Origin: Raillietiella orientalis
Taxonomy: Eukaryota
DNA: 64,000 bases
NCBI GenBank assembly: GCA_036172245.1
Contig: JAYWIR010000008.1
Location: 806,001-870,000 of the forward strand
Direction: 5' to 3'
Shown: positions 36,130 to 48,749 of the stretch, one piece after another
Numbering within the stretch: position 1 is the first letter of the stretch
How the letters are laid out: the number at the start of each line of letters is the position of its first letter
Notes under the pieces: model-generated
Told to the model about the DNA's origin: nothing
Databases searched by the model: none
The model's input: the letters and a program-made list of their open reading frames with translations, nothing else
Program-made: the position numbers and the translations under genes

Positions 36130-37960
36130 TCAATAGGATATGGGATGAAAAATAAAATTTTAGCATACGCTGTAAGTTAGAATATCCTAGATGGATGGAA
36201 GGAGGTAGGATACTTGATAAGTAGAATTACGAGTAGACGGAACTTGGAACTAGTCAGAGCACAGTGTCTTTGATCCGTGTTCTCGATAAACAGATGTGTA
36301 ATAAATTCCGTATGGGATGAACGAAGAGCACAATGCATTAGGCAATCATGAAGTGGAATGCGAGATCAAAAGGAGCGGCGTAGAAGGAAGGAGAGCCGAT
36401 GGGATCCCAGGAGCATGGAAACACGGCAGCTCATCAACCCGGAGCTTCAGTCTTCAGGAAGTGAGGCCAGGATGGCGTCTTGGAAGAGATGCCCTCCCCA
36501 ACAGTTTCAGAAGCTTTCAGACCTTTCCTTCCGCTCCGTCTAAATTTCAATCCGAGGAGTCTTTCTGGAACTTCGAAGGAGATTTCACTCAGACGAATCC
36601 GCTATAATAGCAAAACAACAAGAGCATCTTGTAAAAAGTGGGGAAGCAGAGTTCCAGAGACTACCTTTCTCGCAAAGGTAGAAGAGTTGAACCTGTTTTG
36701 AGTCGATACCCCTTAAAGCATGCCAAGGCACCTATCTCCGCTTCCCCGGGGACTGTTTCTCCTTCTTATTTCCAATACGAACGTCACTTTACTCCGTCTT
36801 CTGTGAATGAGGATCTTTCCTCCCGCCTTGGCTCGAATGGAATCCGACTTCTGAACGATTCCATGTTCCCGAAAGCGAGGGATCTTGGGAGCCGTTTATC
36901 TTGGAAGCACTCAATCCGAGTGTCCCTCTGGGTTCATGAGGACCGATGAATCAGAAAAGCAGCGGTCCCATCGAGCCACCCAGATTCTCAGCGTCCGAAA
37001 GGCACGAAAAAATCGGTTCATCGCTGGTGATCATCAATGAGGTAACTGCGCTCCGTCTGTAATTCGAGACAACAACTTTTTCGGATGTCAGACTTCTGCA
37101 GAGGGGTGGTTGGCTTTCTCGAGGATCGCAGGAGTTCCTCTAAGCCGGAAACGCCACGTTATTCCTTTCCTCTCATGCTATTCTTTCGTGGTGGCTGACT
37201 CTGAGGTCACCTTGCAAAAAGAAAAACAGCTTTCCTTTTTATCTGCAGCAAGCCACAAGAAATAGAACTCGCGTTCTGGAAGTGGGACTACAATGCCACC
37301 GATCTCCTGGATGATATCGCGAAAGATGCTTTTCGGTGCTACGGAACTCTTGCACCTACGAGAGATTCTCAGGTGGGTTCCCTCTCTTCCGCCTCCACGT
37401 CGCGATTGGTAGGCAAGGAAGCATTGTCCGGGTTGTTGGCCAGAGGATTGTACTTAAGACAAGGGAAGATAAAAACAGAAGGAAGGGAAACGCTCTAGGT
37501 TAACGTCGAAGCGAGTTTGAACAGTAGGCAGGTGGACCTAACCATTCCCTCAGGCAGCCCCAAATTGAAAAGGCTGGCCTCCTGAGGCCCATTCGCTTTC
37601 CTGTTTGCCTTCCGGCCGGAAAAATGACCTCTGTGTTTAGGAAACCCGAAGAGCAGTGGGAGAATTTCCTATCTTGTTGTTCTGAGTTCGAGTTTCGACG
37701 ATGAAGAGTCTCTTGGAAACAGAACGCACTCCTCACCTCCATTGTGCCATGAGAAGGGAAAGCAGCAGACCTGTGCGGCAGGAGGAGGTGGGGAGGGTCG
37801 ATGAAGGATCGAAGTGGTTTCCCTGGATCCGTACTAGGCCCTTTTGCACTAGCGCTCCTTGACATTTTCGGACAGAGCTCATAATCCCGTCCAGAGCCCC
37901 ACCACTTTGAGGATGCATCTGGCTCGGGAGGAAAAGCAAACAGCCTAACTGAAAAAAAAG
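36130..37960 (+). mobile_element. Decayed RTE-clade LINE (RT to C-terminus, internally deleted)
   Basis: NILDGWKE, HEVECEIKR..ADGIPGAWKHG (~36347-36428; cf. EV..AIK..GPDGIP.E..KHG), WNF/EISL..IRY, GDCFS.FLF, HSIRVSLWVH, HLREILRW (~37353), LPAGK..RKPEEQWEN (~37610), SWKQNA, RTELIIPSRA (terminal C2H2-like vestige). An A-run lies at ~37952. Confidence 0.62.
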
Positions 37961-39099
37961 ATGCCTCTGGAGAAATTTGAATTTTGTCGCGCCTCGTTGA
38001 CGATAAAGACGAATTTTGTCGAGAAAATTAATCATCGTCATTTTATGGACGGCCGACCACGGCTGAAAATTGCTGGTGCTTTACGCGTTTATTTATTTCT
38101 TTTTTCAGAGAAAACGATGGAGAGGACCTGTCGTCAACCGAAAGTGGGGAAAAGGGGACTGCCAGCTGCTATACCATCAACCCCACCCATAGATCTGAGA
38201 AAACTGTGTTCCGTAAGGGAGCATCGCATTTTCCTATGTTCGCTTAAATCACAGCGAAAAGAAAGGGAAGGAAACAACGGCAAAGGCAGTGGCGAAAGGA
38301 AGTTGCGAGGCAAACGAAGAACATTCGATTCTTCGAGCTCGGATGGTGAACGGAATTGGTTCCGCAGGAAAAGCAGGCAGCGGCTCCGCTTACGGTTGTA
38401 AGGCTATTGGTCAACTGGAGACTTTTGTTTACAGAGGGAGCGGATCGAGTGGAAAGGAAAGGGGGGGGGGGAGGGCTGTCCGTAAGGAGCGACACGGCAC
38501 GGTTCATGCAAGTTAATTTCGGTTCGATTACTCTGGAACTGCAAGCCGAGGGTCGATTTTTATGATGGACAGATTAGCCAAAGTGGTACATAACAACAGA
38601 CTCGGCTTTAACGATTTTTAATTCGCGCGTGCTCAACGCTGGGAGGAAAATCTTCCTTTCGTGGCTCGAAAAGTTTCGAGGTGAAAACTTGAAATTCGAG
38701 ACTTTCGACGGAGAGTGCGCTTCACTCGACACACGAAGATCGGGAGCCGCCGCCACCTGCCGTTGGTCGTTGCAAACGAAGCTCGGGTTTTCCCCCTTCT
38801 TGGAACCTCGGCACCTCTCACTCGTGGAAAGCTCTCTCTTGGCTCAGCAGCCCGCTTACGCGTCCGCGGCTCCGTCCAGGAAGTGCACGCGCGCACACGC
38901 ACCCTTCCCTGCCGGCTCGAAGGACTGTTGGAGAACACTGTCGTCGACTTATCGAGACACAAGAGTGCACGATGCTTGAAGATGAGTCAGGGATGAAGAT
39001 CTCAGTCAGGGGTCACAGTAATTGTTGGTGCTATCAGAGCGTGCAGCCTAAATACCCGTGCATTTATCCATCAGCAGTGTTGAGCACACGGTCTGCAAT

Positions 39100-42000
39100 T
39101 CATTAATAGCCCTGGCGTGCAGATTCCATCCTCTGATGATGGGCGTACTTGCCGTCAGCACTTTTTGACCCCATGACGGACGAGCGCTGCTCATCGGACA
39201 GCGAACAGTTGTGCTGGCTCATGGAAGAGAGGACTGCAACTCTCACGTTTACTGGAGGGGACGGGCGCGCGCCGTTTCGAGCAACGGATAGCGACAACAT
39301 TCGCCAACGCCAGCGGGTACGGCAGAAGTGGGATGGGGGTTGCTGCCAGCCTCGGAGGATGATGCGAGGCCACCGTCACCTAACAAAGGCGGACCCTCTC
39401 TCCTTCCTGTTGCTCTGTTCGGCTCCGAAGGCAGTACTCCCGGGAAGCCTGGCAGGGCAATAAAAAGGCTAGAAGGAATCAGCTCAAGAGCGGCTCTTAT
39501 TTCGATCGCTCTCGATGACGATTCGAGAGAGCCCTCAGGATTCACGAGTGGAGAAAGGAGCGAACCGAGGGAATCACCTGCTGCCTTCCTTCACATCATT
39601 CCTACAGGGTTCATCCCAATCCGCGGAGGGAACCGAATTCTCGCCTTGTGCAGCCAATTCACAGGTCGGCAAGGGCGGGTTGAGCCGTGGACTCCCGCCT
39701 CCTCCGAACCCGTACGCTCCCGCTGCAGAAGATTCAAGAGATCTGGAAAGGAAGCAGACAGTTGCCGGGAAAAAAGAGGTCCGAGTCTCTCTGGAGAGCT
39801 CGTATTGCAAAGGGCACTTTCAGGGAGGTTCCGTCTTCATTCTCCTCTTCAGGTTGAGGAGGGAAGGGGTGATAGATTTGCGTGGGAGCCCTCTCTAGTC
39901 TCAGAGGCTACTGAGAGGTCGCTCCACAAGGTTTCTTGGAGAGCGCCTTTGGAAAGTACTAGCGGCGGCTTTTCCTCGAGGGTTCGAAGTCCCATGGTCA
40001 CGAGGACGCGTCAGAGCTTTTGGCGCGAAGCACCAGAGCGAACGAGCCAGTGAGAGAGGAGAGCGGGACCTGCCGCAGTGCCAGGCACAAGGCGCCCCGA
40101 AACCGAGGCACAAAGATTGCGCCCTTTCGCGAAGACGCGCGTTCCTTGGGTTGAATCCTTCGCTCAATCGCTCTCCCCGTTCCCAAGAGGGAACATCGCA
40201 ACTCCAGGCACATGCCGCGAGGCTACCCACTTACCACCCACTCCTTCAGGCCGAGGACGGTCAGCCATATCTCCGAAGAACATTTCATCCTTGGGTGAAG
40301 CTTGCGAGCGCCCTCCTTCCTTCCCTTTGCCCAGCTCGTCCTCATCGATCCTATGTGTCCTCACTTCGAGATTCGCCGAAAAGAAGGAGGGAGACACAAA
40401 GAGGGTCCGCGGCTGCGGTGGGGGACTCTGGGACTCGATTCCATGCTTGCTGCCAACGTGGCAGCGCATCTATGCCTTCGGGAAGGAGCCGAAAAGGACT
40501 CTGGGGGCACACATCTGGGTGACAGGGGCGAAGTCGCCTCCCGAGCAGCGGCAGTGGGAGCCGAGCAGCACGCCCTGGGGGCTGGAAGCGGATTTAAGGA
40601 ATCGGGCTCCAAATCGGAAACCGAATACGGGAGCTCTCGGTTTTCCTGGCCTGGGGGAGTGGGAAAGTACGAAGAGTTCTCTTTGGAGATCAGAGCTCTG
40701 CAAACAGACGACGGCTTGTCTCCCTTTTAGGTCAGCGAACCGAGGGTTTTTATCCCAGGAGACGAGGCGCCTGGGTCGGAGGACTGGAGGAAAGGGAAGA
40801 GGTAGGAGTTGTGGCGAGCTGAGGGCTGCTATGTGGGTGATTCGGGCACACACGGATTGACCGCCAAGGGCGCTTCTCACGGTCTCAGACGCTGGTGTGG
40901 CAGCGACCCCCAGCAGCTGCGGCAAGGAACCTTACAGACTCGAAGAGGCGCTCTAAGGAGCGGCCAGTGGTCCCCAACCCCCTTTTTCTCCTTCACGATG
41001 CTGCCAGAGTGGTCATGTATTCTGTCGCGCGCTGCAGGGCGGGATATGGAATGAGGAAGGAACAGGAAAGGAAGTCTCCTTTTGAGAACGCGCTCGGTGA
41101 TCCCAAAGGGCAAGACAGGACGGAGAGTGGACGCGAAAGAGGAAGAGGGAAGGGAGGAGGATCTCAGGGGACTCTTTGACGTCTCTTCGCGTTTCGAGGC
41201 TCCTGGAAGAGTCGTCGTCTCCCCCTTCCTCTTCCAGTGGGCGATCTGCTGCCTGTTGAGGTGGATGCTGAGGGGTGGGGGAAGGGGAAAGGATGACGTC
41301 AAGAGAAGGCAGGAGGCAAGCGAGAGCCACTGTTTCTCCGGCAACAGAGGCCCGACGCGTGCTGAGGACTGGGTGCCTCGGAGGATCAGGAACGGATCCT
41401 GGTTGCTGATGGTGGCGGCCTTCTGCTGGAGATCTTTCTTGGAGACAAGGAAGACGCCTTTGGCCGAGTTCCGGAGAGGCGAGCCGCGGAGGGTGGGGCA
41501 AACCCGAGCTGGGGTAGAGAAGCGGGTGAAGGGGGGGAGGTCTCCGACTCCAGACCCAGAGCAGCTTTTTATTTTAAGGGGTTTTCTTTTTTTTGGTTCG
41601 CTAAGTACCTCGGAGCCGGTCGCGTGCCTCGCGGCGCACGTGGCTCTAGACACACTGTTTAGTTTCCACGCCTCTCCCCTGCATCAACTCCGCAGGGGGG
41701 CGTGTAATCTTCAGTGTAATTCTTTAAGATAGGCAGCACCCCGGGATGGGGATCCGCCCTATTAATCCATGAAGGGTTCGGAGTCCGTTCCTCTCACGCT
41801 TGGGGAGAGAACAGACACCCTGGTTGTCTTGGAAACCGGAACAGCGAAAAGGTTAGTAGGCGTCCGCTTTGCAGGAAAACCGAGGGACAGAAATCTCTGA
41901 GGAGCCCCACGAGCTGCTCCACGCTTTGCAGAGGAGGCGCGCAAGAAAGAGGTCGTTCTTCGAGTCGGAGGAGACGAGAGGATCTTCAGCAGTCCCAAGC

Positions 42001-44100
42001 CCTCGAAGGTGTCCGCCGCCACATCCTTGCTTCCTCTCCCCTCCGTTCTCCTGCCTCATTTTTCTCCCTCCCCCTTTCCTCATGAATGGATTCTTAAATT
42101 CATGGAAGAATCCCTGCAGGATAATCGGTGCTCTCCTTTGTGCTCCGTTCCTAGCGCCTCGTTCCGTGGTTCCGTTGCGCGGGGTGCGCGAGTAATGCGG
42201 AGTCCTCCCATCTCTCGTCCGTCCGAGCAAATCCTCAAGGTAAGGCTGGACGTGTGAGGCACAGCGGACAGGAGGCTGCATCTCCCTCCCTCCGTCCCAC
42301 GTGGCCACAGCCTGAGGTTTTCTCGGAAACCCTAGACAGGGAACGCCCGAAGGACCGCCCGGGGATGCGGAAGACGAGCGGGCGAGGGAGGGGGCGAAAG
42401 AGACCGGATAGAGGTACCGCCCGCGGAGGACCCCTGCAGCGGCCCCTCCGCAGGTGCAAGTCACATACCGCTTTGCGGAAAGGCGCGACCCTTCCAGTTG
42501 AGCTACAGGGTGGTCGCCCCGTGCCCCGGTTTTTTTCGAGTCGCACGCGCGCGCGCCACGGAGGGGCTCCCGCACGTCCAGTGGCGGAACGGCAAATGCG
42601 AGGGTAGCCTCTAGCATGCTGGAGAACCTCGCCTTGCACGTGCACGCGTGTGCATGTGGAGGAGGGGGGGAAGGGACTGGGGTGCCCTCGAGAACGCTCC
42701 TGCTCACGGACCCGGTCAGAAGTAGAGGGCCGGCGGCGAGGCACTCCCTTCGGGAGGGTGCCGCGGCGAAGCGTCTCCACATCGCCGGAAGGGGTTTGTG
42801 AAGAGCCTCTGCGTTTTCAGGGAGATTCCGGCGGCGTCTTTTTTCCCGAGGCGGAGCCGGGACCGCGCGCAAGGTTGGAGGAGGTGCGAGGGTTGGAAGG
42901 AAGATCAGGCCATCCCTTTCCTTGAGTTGCTCGTGCAGATGGGTAGGAGGAGCTGCCTTCTTCTGCGCTCTGTTGGGCTGGGGAACCCACCCATCCCCAG
43001 CCTCGAGAAGGAGCCATTTCGGCCCGGCGGTGAGGAGTGGCCGGCAACCGGGGACAAGGGGAGAGCAAAGAACAAGCAGGCGCTCAATGGGGACTCTGAC
43101 CCCGTCCACCGCCTCCATGTCATCTCCATCATCATCATCACCGCCCTTCCCCGAGGATGTCGGCAGGTTGCCAAGGGCGCGCTCATCTGCGATCCGTAGA
43201 TCGCAGATGAGCGCAGACATTACGCGGTTTCCTACGCGCTCTCCTCGGTCGGTTCGGGATCATCTTCCGTCATGAGAGGGAGGAGCGTGGAGGTTGGGGG
43301 GGGGGGAGAGGAGAAAGTCGACCACCGTGCGCTTTCCAGAAACTTCCTGATCCCCCTTGTAGCGATCTCTCTAGGCAGGGACCGGGATCTTCAGGGACTC
43401 TCTCACCGCCCTCTTTCTCTTCACTTCGCGGAGAGAGGCCGAGGGAGAGAAAAGAGGGCACTTTTTCCCCTCCGTGCCCTCGGGACCCGGTGTGACGACC
43501 TACACAGGTCGGGTCGCGCACCTTCGTCGGCAGTCCCCGGTTGCGAGCCCGCCGCCGCATCCTCAGGGACGTCCGATCGTGCCAACCGTTCTCTGACGAT
43601 GAGACCACGCGCTCAGCGGCGACCGGGCACCGCAGCGGAGCCGACCGCTGCCGCGCGGGCGGCGGGACCGCGTGAGAAAGAGCTGGCAGTGGAGGAGGAG
43701 GCACCGTCGCTAGGGAGACCGCTCCCGGGAGGCACCCCGACCGAAGCGAAGAGCACGAGGGAGAAGGTGCCATTGGCAGTTTTCTTCTTCCCCCCCTCCC
43801 TTCCCCTGCTCTCTTTGCCCCACTTCTGCCTCTCCCTGGGGCACATCCTCGTCACGGAAGGCAAGCAGAGCTCCTCAGTAGCCTTGGAGACCCAGCAGGA
43901 GAAGCGAAGGGGGGGAGGGGTGAGAGCAAGCACGCGCAGAGCGGTCCTTTCGCGTTCACTGGGGCTCGCAGCTCCATAGAATCCCGGGCAGGGCGACCCT
44001 TCGGGACGTCCATACTGCTGGAGGCGGCAGAGGAGGCGCACGAGATGCCTCCGTCTGCCGCCAGAGCCCAGGGTGCCATCCGTTCCAGCCCCTCTCTGGA
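39100..44100 (-). mobile_element. Decayed Ty3/Gypsy element (gag CCHC-PR-RT-RH-IN)
   Basis: Gag knuckle: VRLLCRLQQYGRPEGSPCP (~44040-43985). Protease: LRIADE..LLVLCSPLVPG. RT: RAVPAPPREK, AQLEGSRL, PYLEDLLG (~42245). RNase H: AKGVFLVSKKDL..DPFLIL..SSARVGPLL and IAHWKRK. Integrase: LQRELFVLSHS..GK, SFRRISK*GHIG, APKALT..DHGT, TSFFPAT, ADWDEP, MSQHNCSL..AHHQRME. Confidence 0.65.
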
Positions 44101-45067
44101 TCGGGAATGGGTGCTTCCTCCAGCCGCCCAAAGGAGTGTTGGGCATCCCGAGAAAAAGCTCACAGAAGCCAAATGACTGTGGGGGACGCCGCAAGGGAGC
44201 ACGGGGAGGTGCATGGGACGCGCCCCCACCGAGCATCCGGGGGCTCTGAGGAGGGACGGGACCAGCTGAACCCAGACGAAAGGAGTGAGGGGCGCAGTGG
44301 CGCTGTGTAGTAGGAAGCGTCCGTGCCACCCCTCCCGAGCAGGGCGGGCAGAAGGAGAGGCGGTTGCGCGAGCAACTTCATCCAGGCGACGACGAGGCAG
44401 CTCCTTCCCATCGGCGACACCGGGAGTGCGTAACGCCGTAAGACGCCGGCGGAGGATCCACGGAGGACTGCGTGAACTCTCCCCTATCTTCGACCCATTC
44501 GGACAGCAGGTCCCGGGCGCCGTCCCTCTCCAGACACTTCCTAGCAGTAAGATCTCTGGTCATCCTGCCGGGGAATTCCTTGCTCAGGACAGTGGTGCTC
44601 CTGGGATCCTCCGTTCCCTGGGGCCTGAAAAAGGGCGAAGCGAGTTCTGGTCGTCCCAGCCTGGGGGAGCGCAGAAGGCCAGGAGCTGAACGGGTGGGTG
44701 AATGCTGGGGAGAGGACTTTGGACGAGGTCCAGCCCAAGGCGAGAAGCGTCTTCTGCTGCAGACGCAGCAGCAGAAGACGCTCTCTGGCGTTCCCCTTGC
44801 GAGCGGAGGGACGTCCGGCGTGCCACTCGGCGTCCTCCGCTGGCCGCAACTTTTGATTGGGTTTTAATAGCTCGGAGAGCAACACAAACAAAGTGATTGC
44901 CGTGGGAACGGCGACGGCTGATTGGAAATCGCTCTCTGGACAATCCAGTCGGGAGATTTTCCTTCTCTACTTTTCCAAGCCCCCCCCCCCATGCGAGTTT
45001 ATGGTGCCCCTCTCCTCCTCCCTCTTCTTTTCTCTCTTCCGCCGCCCCTCCTCCCCCTCCCCCGGAT

Positions 45068-45096
45068 CTCCTCCTCCTCCTCCTCCTCCTCCTCCT
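45068..45096 (+). repeat. (CTC)n microsatellite within a polypyrimidine tract
   Basis: Read directly from the sequence. Confidence 0.9.
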
Positions 45097-45349
45097 GCTA
45101 CTTTTCTGATTTCGACTTCCCGTTCCTCTAATGACAAAGATCCTCTGCTAATTGGTGGAGGCATGAGAGGTTCTTCGTAGCCACCGCCAAAGTGGGCGCA
45201 GCAGGAAGCCGGGCGGGAGCCGGCAACTTCCTGGTTCGAACCGCGAGCCGCCGGCGAGGGGCGAGGTCCCAGCAGCGGCGTTGGAGGCGACCTCCGGAGA
45301 GCGTCGGCGGGATTCGGCCACCATCCACTACCCGAAGTCCCCCGACTGG

Positions 45350-48300
45350 GAGGCGGCGGTGATGCTGACCCCGAGAAGATGGGCCGTCACGGCGAGGTGT
45401 CTCTGCTGCCGCGCGTTTCCGGCCGCCGGAGGGCGCCGCTTCGGACGTGCGGTACGGTGCAGCGGGGCCGGGTGCGTACCGGGAGTGGCGTCCCAGCCAC
45501 CGCTTCGCTCCCGGGAGCCTCCGCCGAAACGGTCAGGTCCACTCCGGGGAAGGAGGGGGCGCGTCGCGCGCCGTTGCTGCTGCTATGCCAGGCTGCCGGC
45601 AGCGGGCGTGCCGCCATGCGAGGGGCGCAGAGCTCCCCTACCCAAGGGACCAGCAGGAGTTGCAACCGCCGCCGGCAACAGTAAGAGCTTCCTCCGAAAA
45701 AGGGTCCTTGGAAGCGGGAGCAAGGTCGCGTTCCCACTTCCTCCCCCCTCTTCCCGACCTCATGCTGCAGGAGGCGAACTGGGTTCGAGACAGTGCCGCA
45801 GAGAACCCTCCGGGCCGAGCTGGGCGCTGCCAAAAAGGCCCGCCGTCGAAGATGGCTCCTCGAGTGACGGGGAGGTGCCCCAAAGCGCCCGTCCTGCTCT
45901 CTTCCCCGTCGCGAGAATCCCTTCACTTCCTGGGGTGGGCGCTCCGCTCGAAGGTGTGCGGGATAACGGCCGAGGCAGGGAGCGAGGGTGTCTCGGCGCG
46001 CGCGTCCCGGGAACGCGGGACTCCGGAGATGCCCCCGTGTCGTGGTCCCGCGTCTTTGGCACCGCACTTCCCATCCCATTCCTCCGCCCCCTCCTCTCGA
46101 GGCGGTCCGGGGCAGCGGACGACACACCGCCGATGGGGTTGCGCGCTCATATGGAAGCAGCGCCACTGCGAGTGCGCTCGCAGCACCTCCACGCGGATTG
46201 CGTGCGGACTGCGCTACTGCGCGCGCCCTTGCAGCTTGCGCGGTCTCCCCTCGCGATGCGGCTGGAGACATGAAGGCGTCCGGAGCTCATGGTGCGGTCG
46301 CCCCGAGGGAGGTTTCGGCTGAGGAGGGTTGGCCGCTTTCCGGAGAGGAGGAGGGAGGGTCACCAGAAGCCGACTCACCACATCCCTGCGCACCTCCGGA
46401 ACTCCCAGCTGCGCTCGGATCCCGCACGCGGAGTGGTGGACCGGCGCGCGAGGAGCGGCGGTAGGAAAACGGGGAGGGGTTGGAACCCCCAACTCCCAGC
46501 CTCTCCCCGTCCCGCTTGTCCCGTGCGGCAGGAGGGGGAGGAGGCGGGGGAGGGAGGAAAGAAACCACCCGCCTTCACCCTACTCCCGGAACACGGCGCT
46601 CCCTACGCAGGAAGTGGAACTTCCCGAGGCTTCCCGCAGGGTCAGGGGCGGGGCATTCCGAGCGTGAGGGAAGCCGCCGTCCTCCAGCATGGCCAGGAGC
46701 GAGCGCCCCCGCACCCCGACTCCTCTTTCCAGTTCGCTGTTTCCGGGCCGGGGAGAGAAGCGGAGCCAAGGAGCTTCCACGGCGAGAGCCTCCGCCATCC
46801 CTGTTGCCACCGGCTGACCTAGACCGACCGGGTCGCGTCACCAGCATACCGGAGGAAGCTGCCGAGGAAGGGGCAGCTTCAGAGCCACACTGCAGCCTCC
46901 CTCTCCTCCCCTTGTCGCGCTCGGAGGGCTGGAGAGACCGCGCGCGCGGAGTGCGCAAGGATCATCACCCTACTTCCCGGCTTTACGAGGAAAGGGAATG
47001 AGTGAGGAGGGGGAGGATGGGTCGGGTGGTCACTCACAGCAGAGGGTTGAGGGCAGCAGCCTCCACGCTGAAGCGCTGTCCTTAGCCCCCCTTCCCTCCC
47101 CCTTCTCCGGGATCGAGGGCACACACGCACGCGCACGGGGTCCGCCTCCGAGACAGTAAGGGCGGGGCTGCCTACTTGCGCGCGGCTGGATGTGCGCGCA
47201 GCTCAGCCACCAGAGAGAAAGAGGAGGGGGAGGGGCAGGGGATGGACGAGGCATTGGGCCCCGTTGGAGACCTCGAACGGGCGTTGGGACGGAGAGGTCC
47301 AGGAGTGCGGAGGGGCCAACGCGCACTCCCCGTTCCAAGCACACGCCAGGGCCACCGCGCCGACGCGGCCCCCTCGCGCGCCCATGGGCGGGCGGACACG
47401 GCAACCTCAGTTCGTCTGCTGGGGGGCGGGGATTCGCGCCCCTTCCACCCGCAGCGAAGGGGCGCGGAAGTGGCTTCTCCCGTGAACACCGAGGGAGCTC
47501 CAGGGACCGACAGAAAAGCGCATCTGCTCCAGACTCTACCGCGGCCCATCAGCCTTTGCTCCTTCCCTTCCCCGCGGTCTCCCCAGCCTGGATCTTCTCC
47601 TCTCCCCCCCCCCCCCCCCCCAACACACACACACTTCGTCTCCTTGCCCTTTCGGTTGTCTCACCTTTGGTCCGCGAAACATTCGAGGACCGTCTCTCTG
47701 CTCCGTGGAGGCGGGAACGGGGAAGGAGGGAGAGGGGGAATCGGACGGATCGCCTCCGCGTGGGGAGCCCTCGCAAGGCTCTTCCGTGCCCCAGAGGCGT
47801 GTTTCGTGGAACTGGTGGCGGGCACCCCGCTCCCGATCTATCCGAGGGGGCGTCCCCGGCCGCGCGTATCGCCGCTTGCTCCTGGGGGGAGGAGACCGCC
47901 CGCGCGAACCGGCTGCCCGCGAGGAAGGCGGGAGGAGCTCCGAGCGCCATCCAGGATTTCTTCCGGGGCGCCAGGGAGGAGGCATTCCGTTTGCCGGCTC
48001 CGGGACATGAGGAGTGGGAGAGGGGTGCGCGCCCTCCTCCATTCCGGAGGGCGAGGATGGGTCGACTGGTAGTCGAAGCGCCTCCTCCGTCCTCGCGCGG
48101 GACGAAGCTCCCTTCGCGCGGCAGAAGGGATTTCGCCCCCTCACCCACTCCACTCCCATTTGACGGGGTCACCGTCCGGATCGAGGGAGGCCCCGCGCGG
48201 CTTTCCGCCGACCAGGAGGGCGTGCATTCCGGGCGACTCCCTGCGTGCTCCTTCCGCGGCGCACCGGGAGCGCAACAGGCGAAGGCCGCTGCTCACCCGG

Positions 48301-48700
48301 GGCGTGGAGCATCTGTCCCCCCTCCCGCGCACCCAGGGCCTTCAGCCGACGGGGATACGACGCTCGAAGAGTCGAGTGGAGGGCACCTTGATCTCGACCG
48401 CGGACCGGGAGCAGGGTCATCGACCGACTCCCGCCGTCTCCAGCAGCGAACCCACCACGGGCGAGCCGGAGCCCGGTCCTCAGGAAGGTACCGCATTCCG
48501 ACCTCAGAGAGCACCGCTCTCCCCGTCCTCAGGACGGAGACTCGAACTCGGCCACTCCCCTTCCAAGCCGACCCTCACCCTGAGGTCCGCTGGGACTGCT
48601 GAGCAATCTGGGAGGTCCATCCGTGTCGGGACGGACCCGTCCGAGCATCCGCAGCCGGCCAAAGAGCCCCGGTGCGGCACCTCTGACTTTCCTTCCAGGA
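45350..48700 (+). mobile_element. Decayed I-group LINE ORF2 (RT, RNase H, CCHC)
   Basis: RT: YARLPAAGVPPCEGRRAPLPKG (~45585-45650; cf. N..L..G.FP..W..A...PKPG), LGAAKKARRRRW (cf. LD..KAFD..W), SRVFGTAL, GAADDT (~46110-46127), PPAWPGAS. RNase H: VNTEGA (~47482) and PGHEEWERGAR (~48000). Zinc finger region: LRTE..HP..WDC (~48530-48600). Confidence 0.55.
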
Positions 48701-48749
48701 AGACCCAAACAGGGGCGACCCCCGAGCTCTGATCCCGGAGGGGAGTCAA

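Noticed and set aside
37249..37372. Exon-like segment (polypyrimidine-CAG ... CAG/GTGGGT) encoding KPQEIELAFWKWDYNATDLLDD...
   Set aside because: Position and residues fit the post-RT region of the surrounding RTE fossil (followed by HLREILRW), and no partner exons were found. RNA-seq junction reads would overturn this.
39103..39222. Minus-strand small ORF MSQHNCSLSDEQRSS...
   Set aside because: Better explained as the C-terminal tail of the Gypsy integrase fossil on the same strand.
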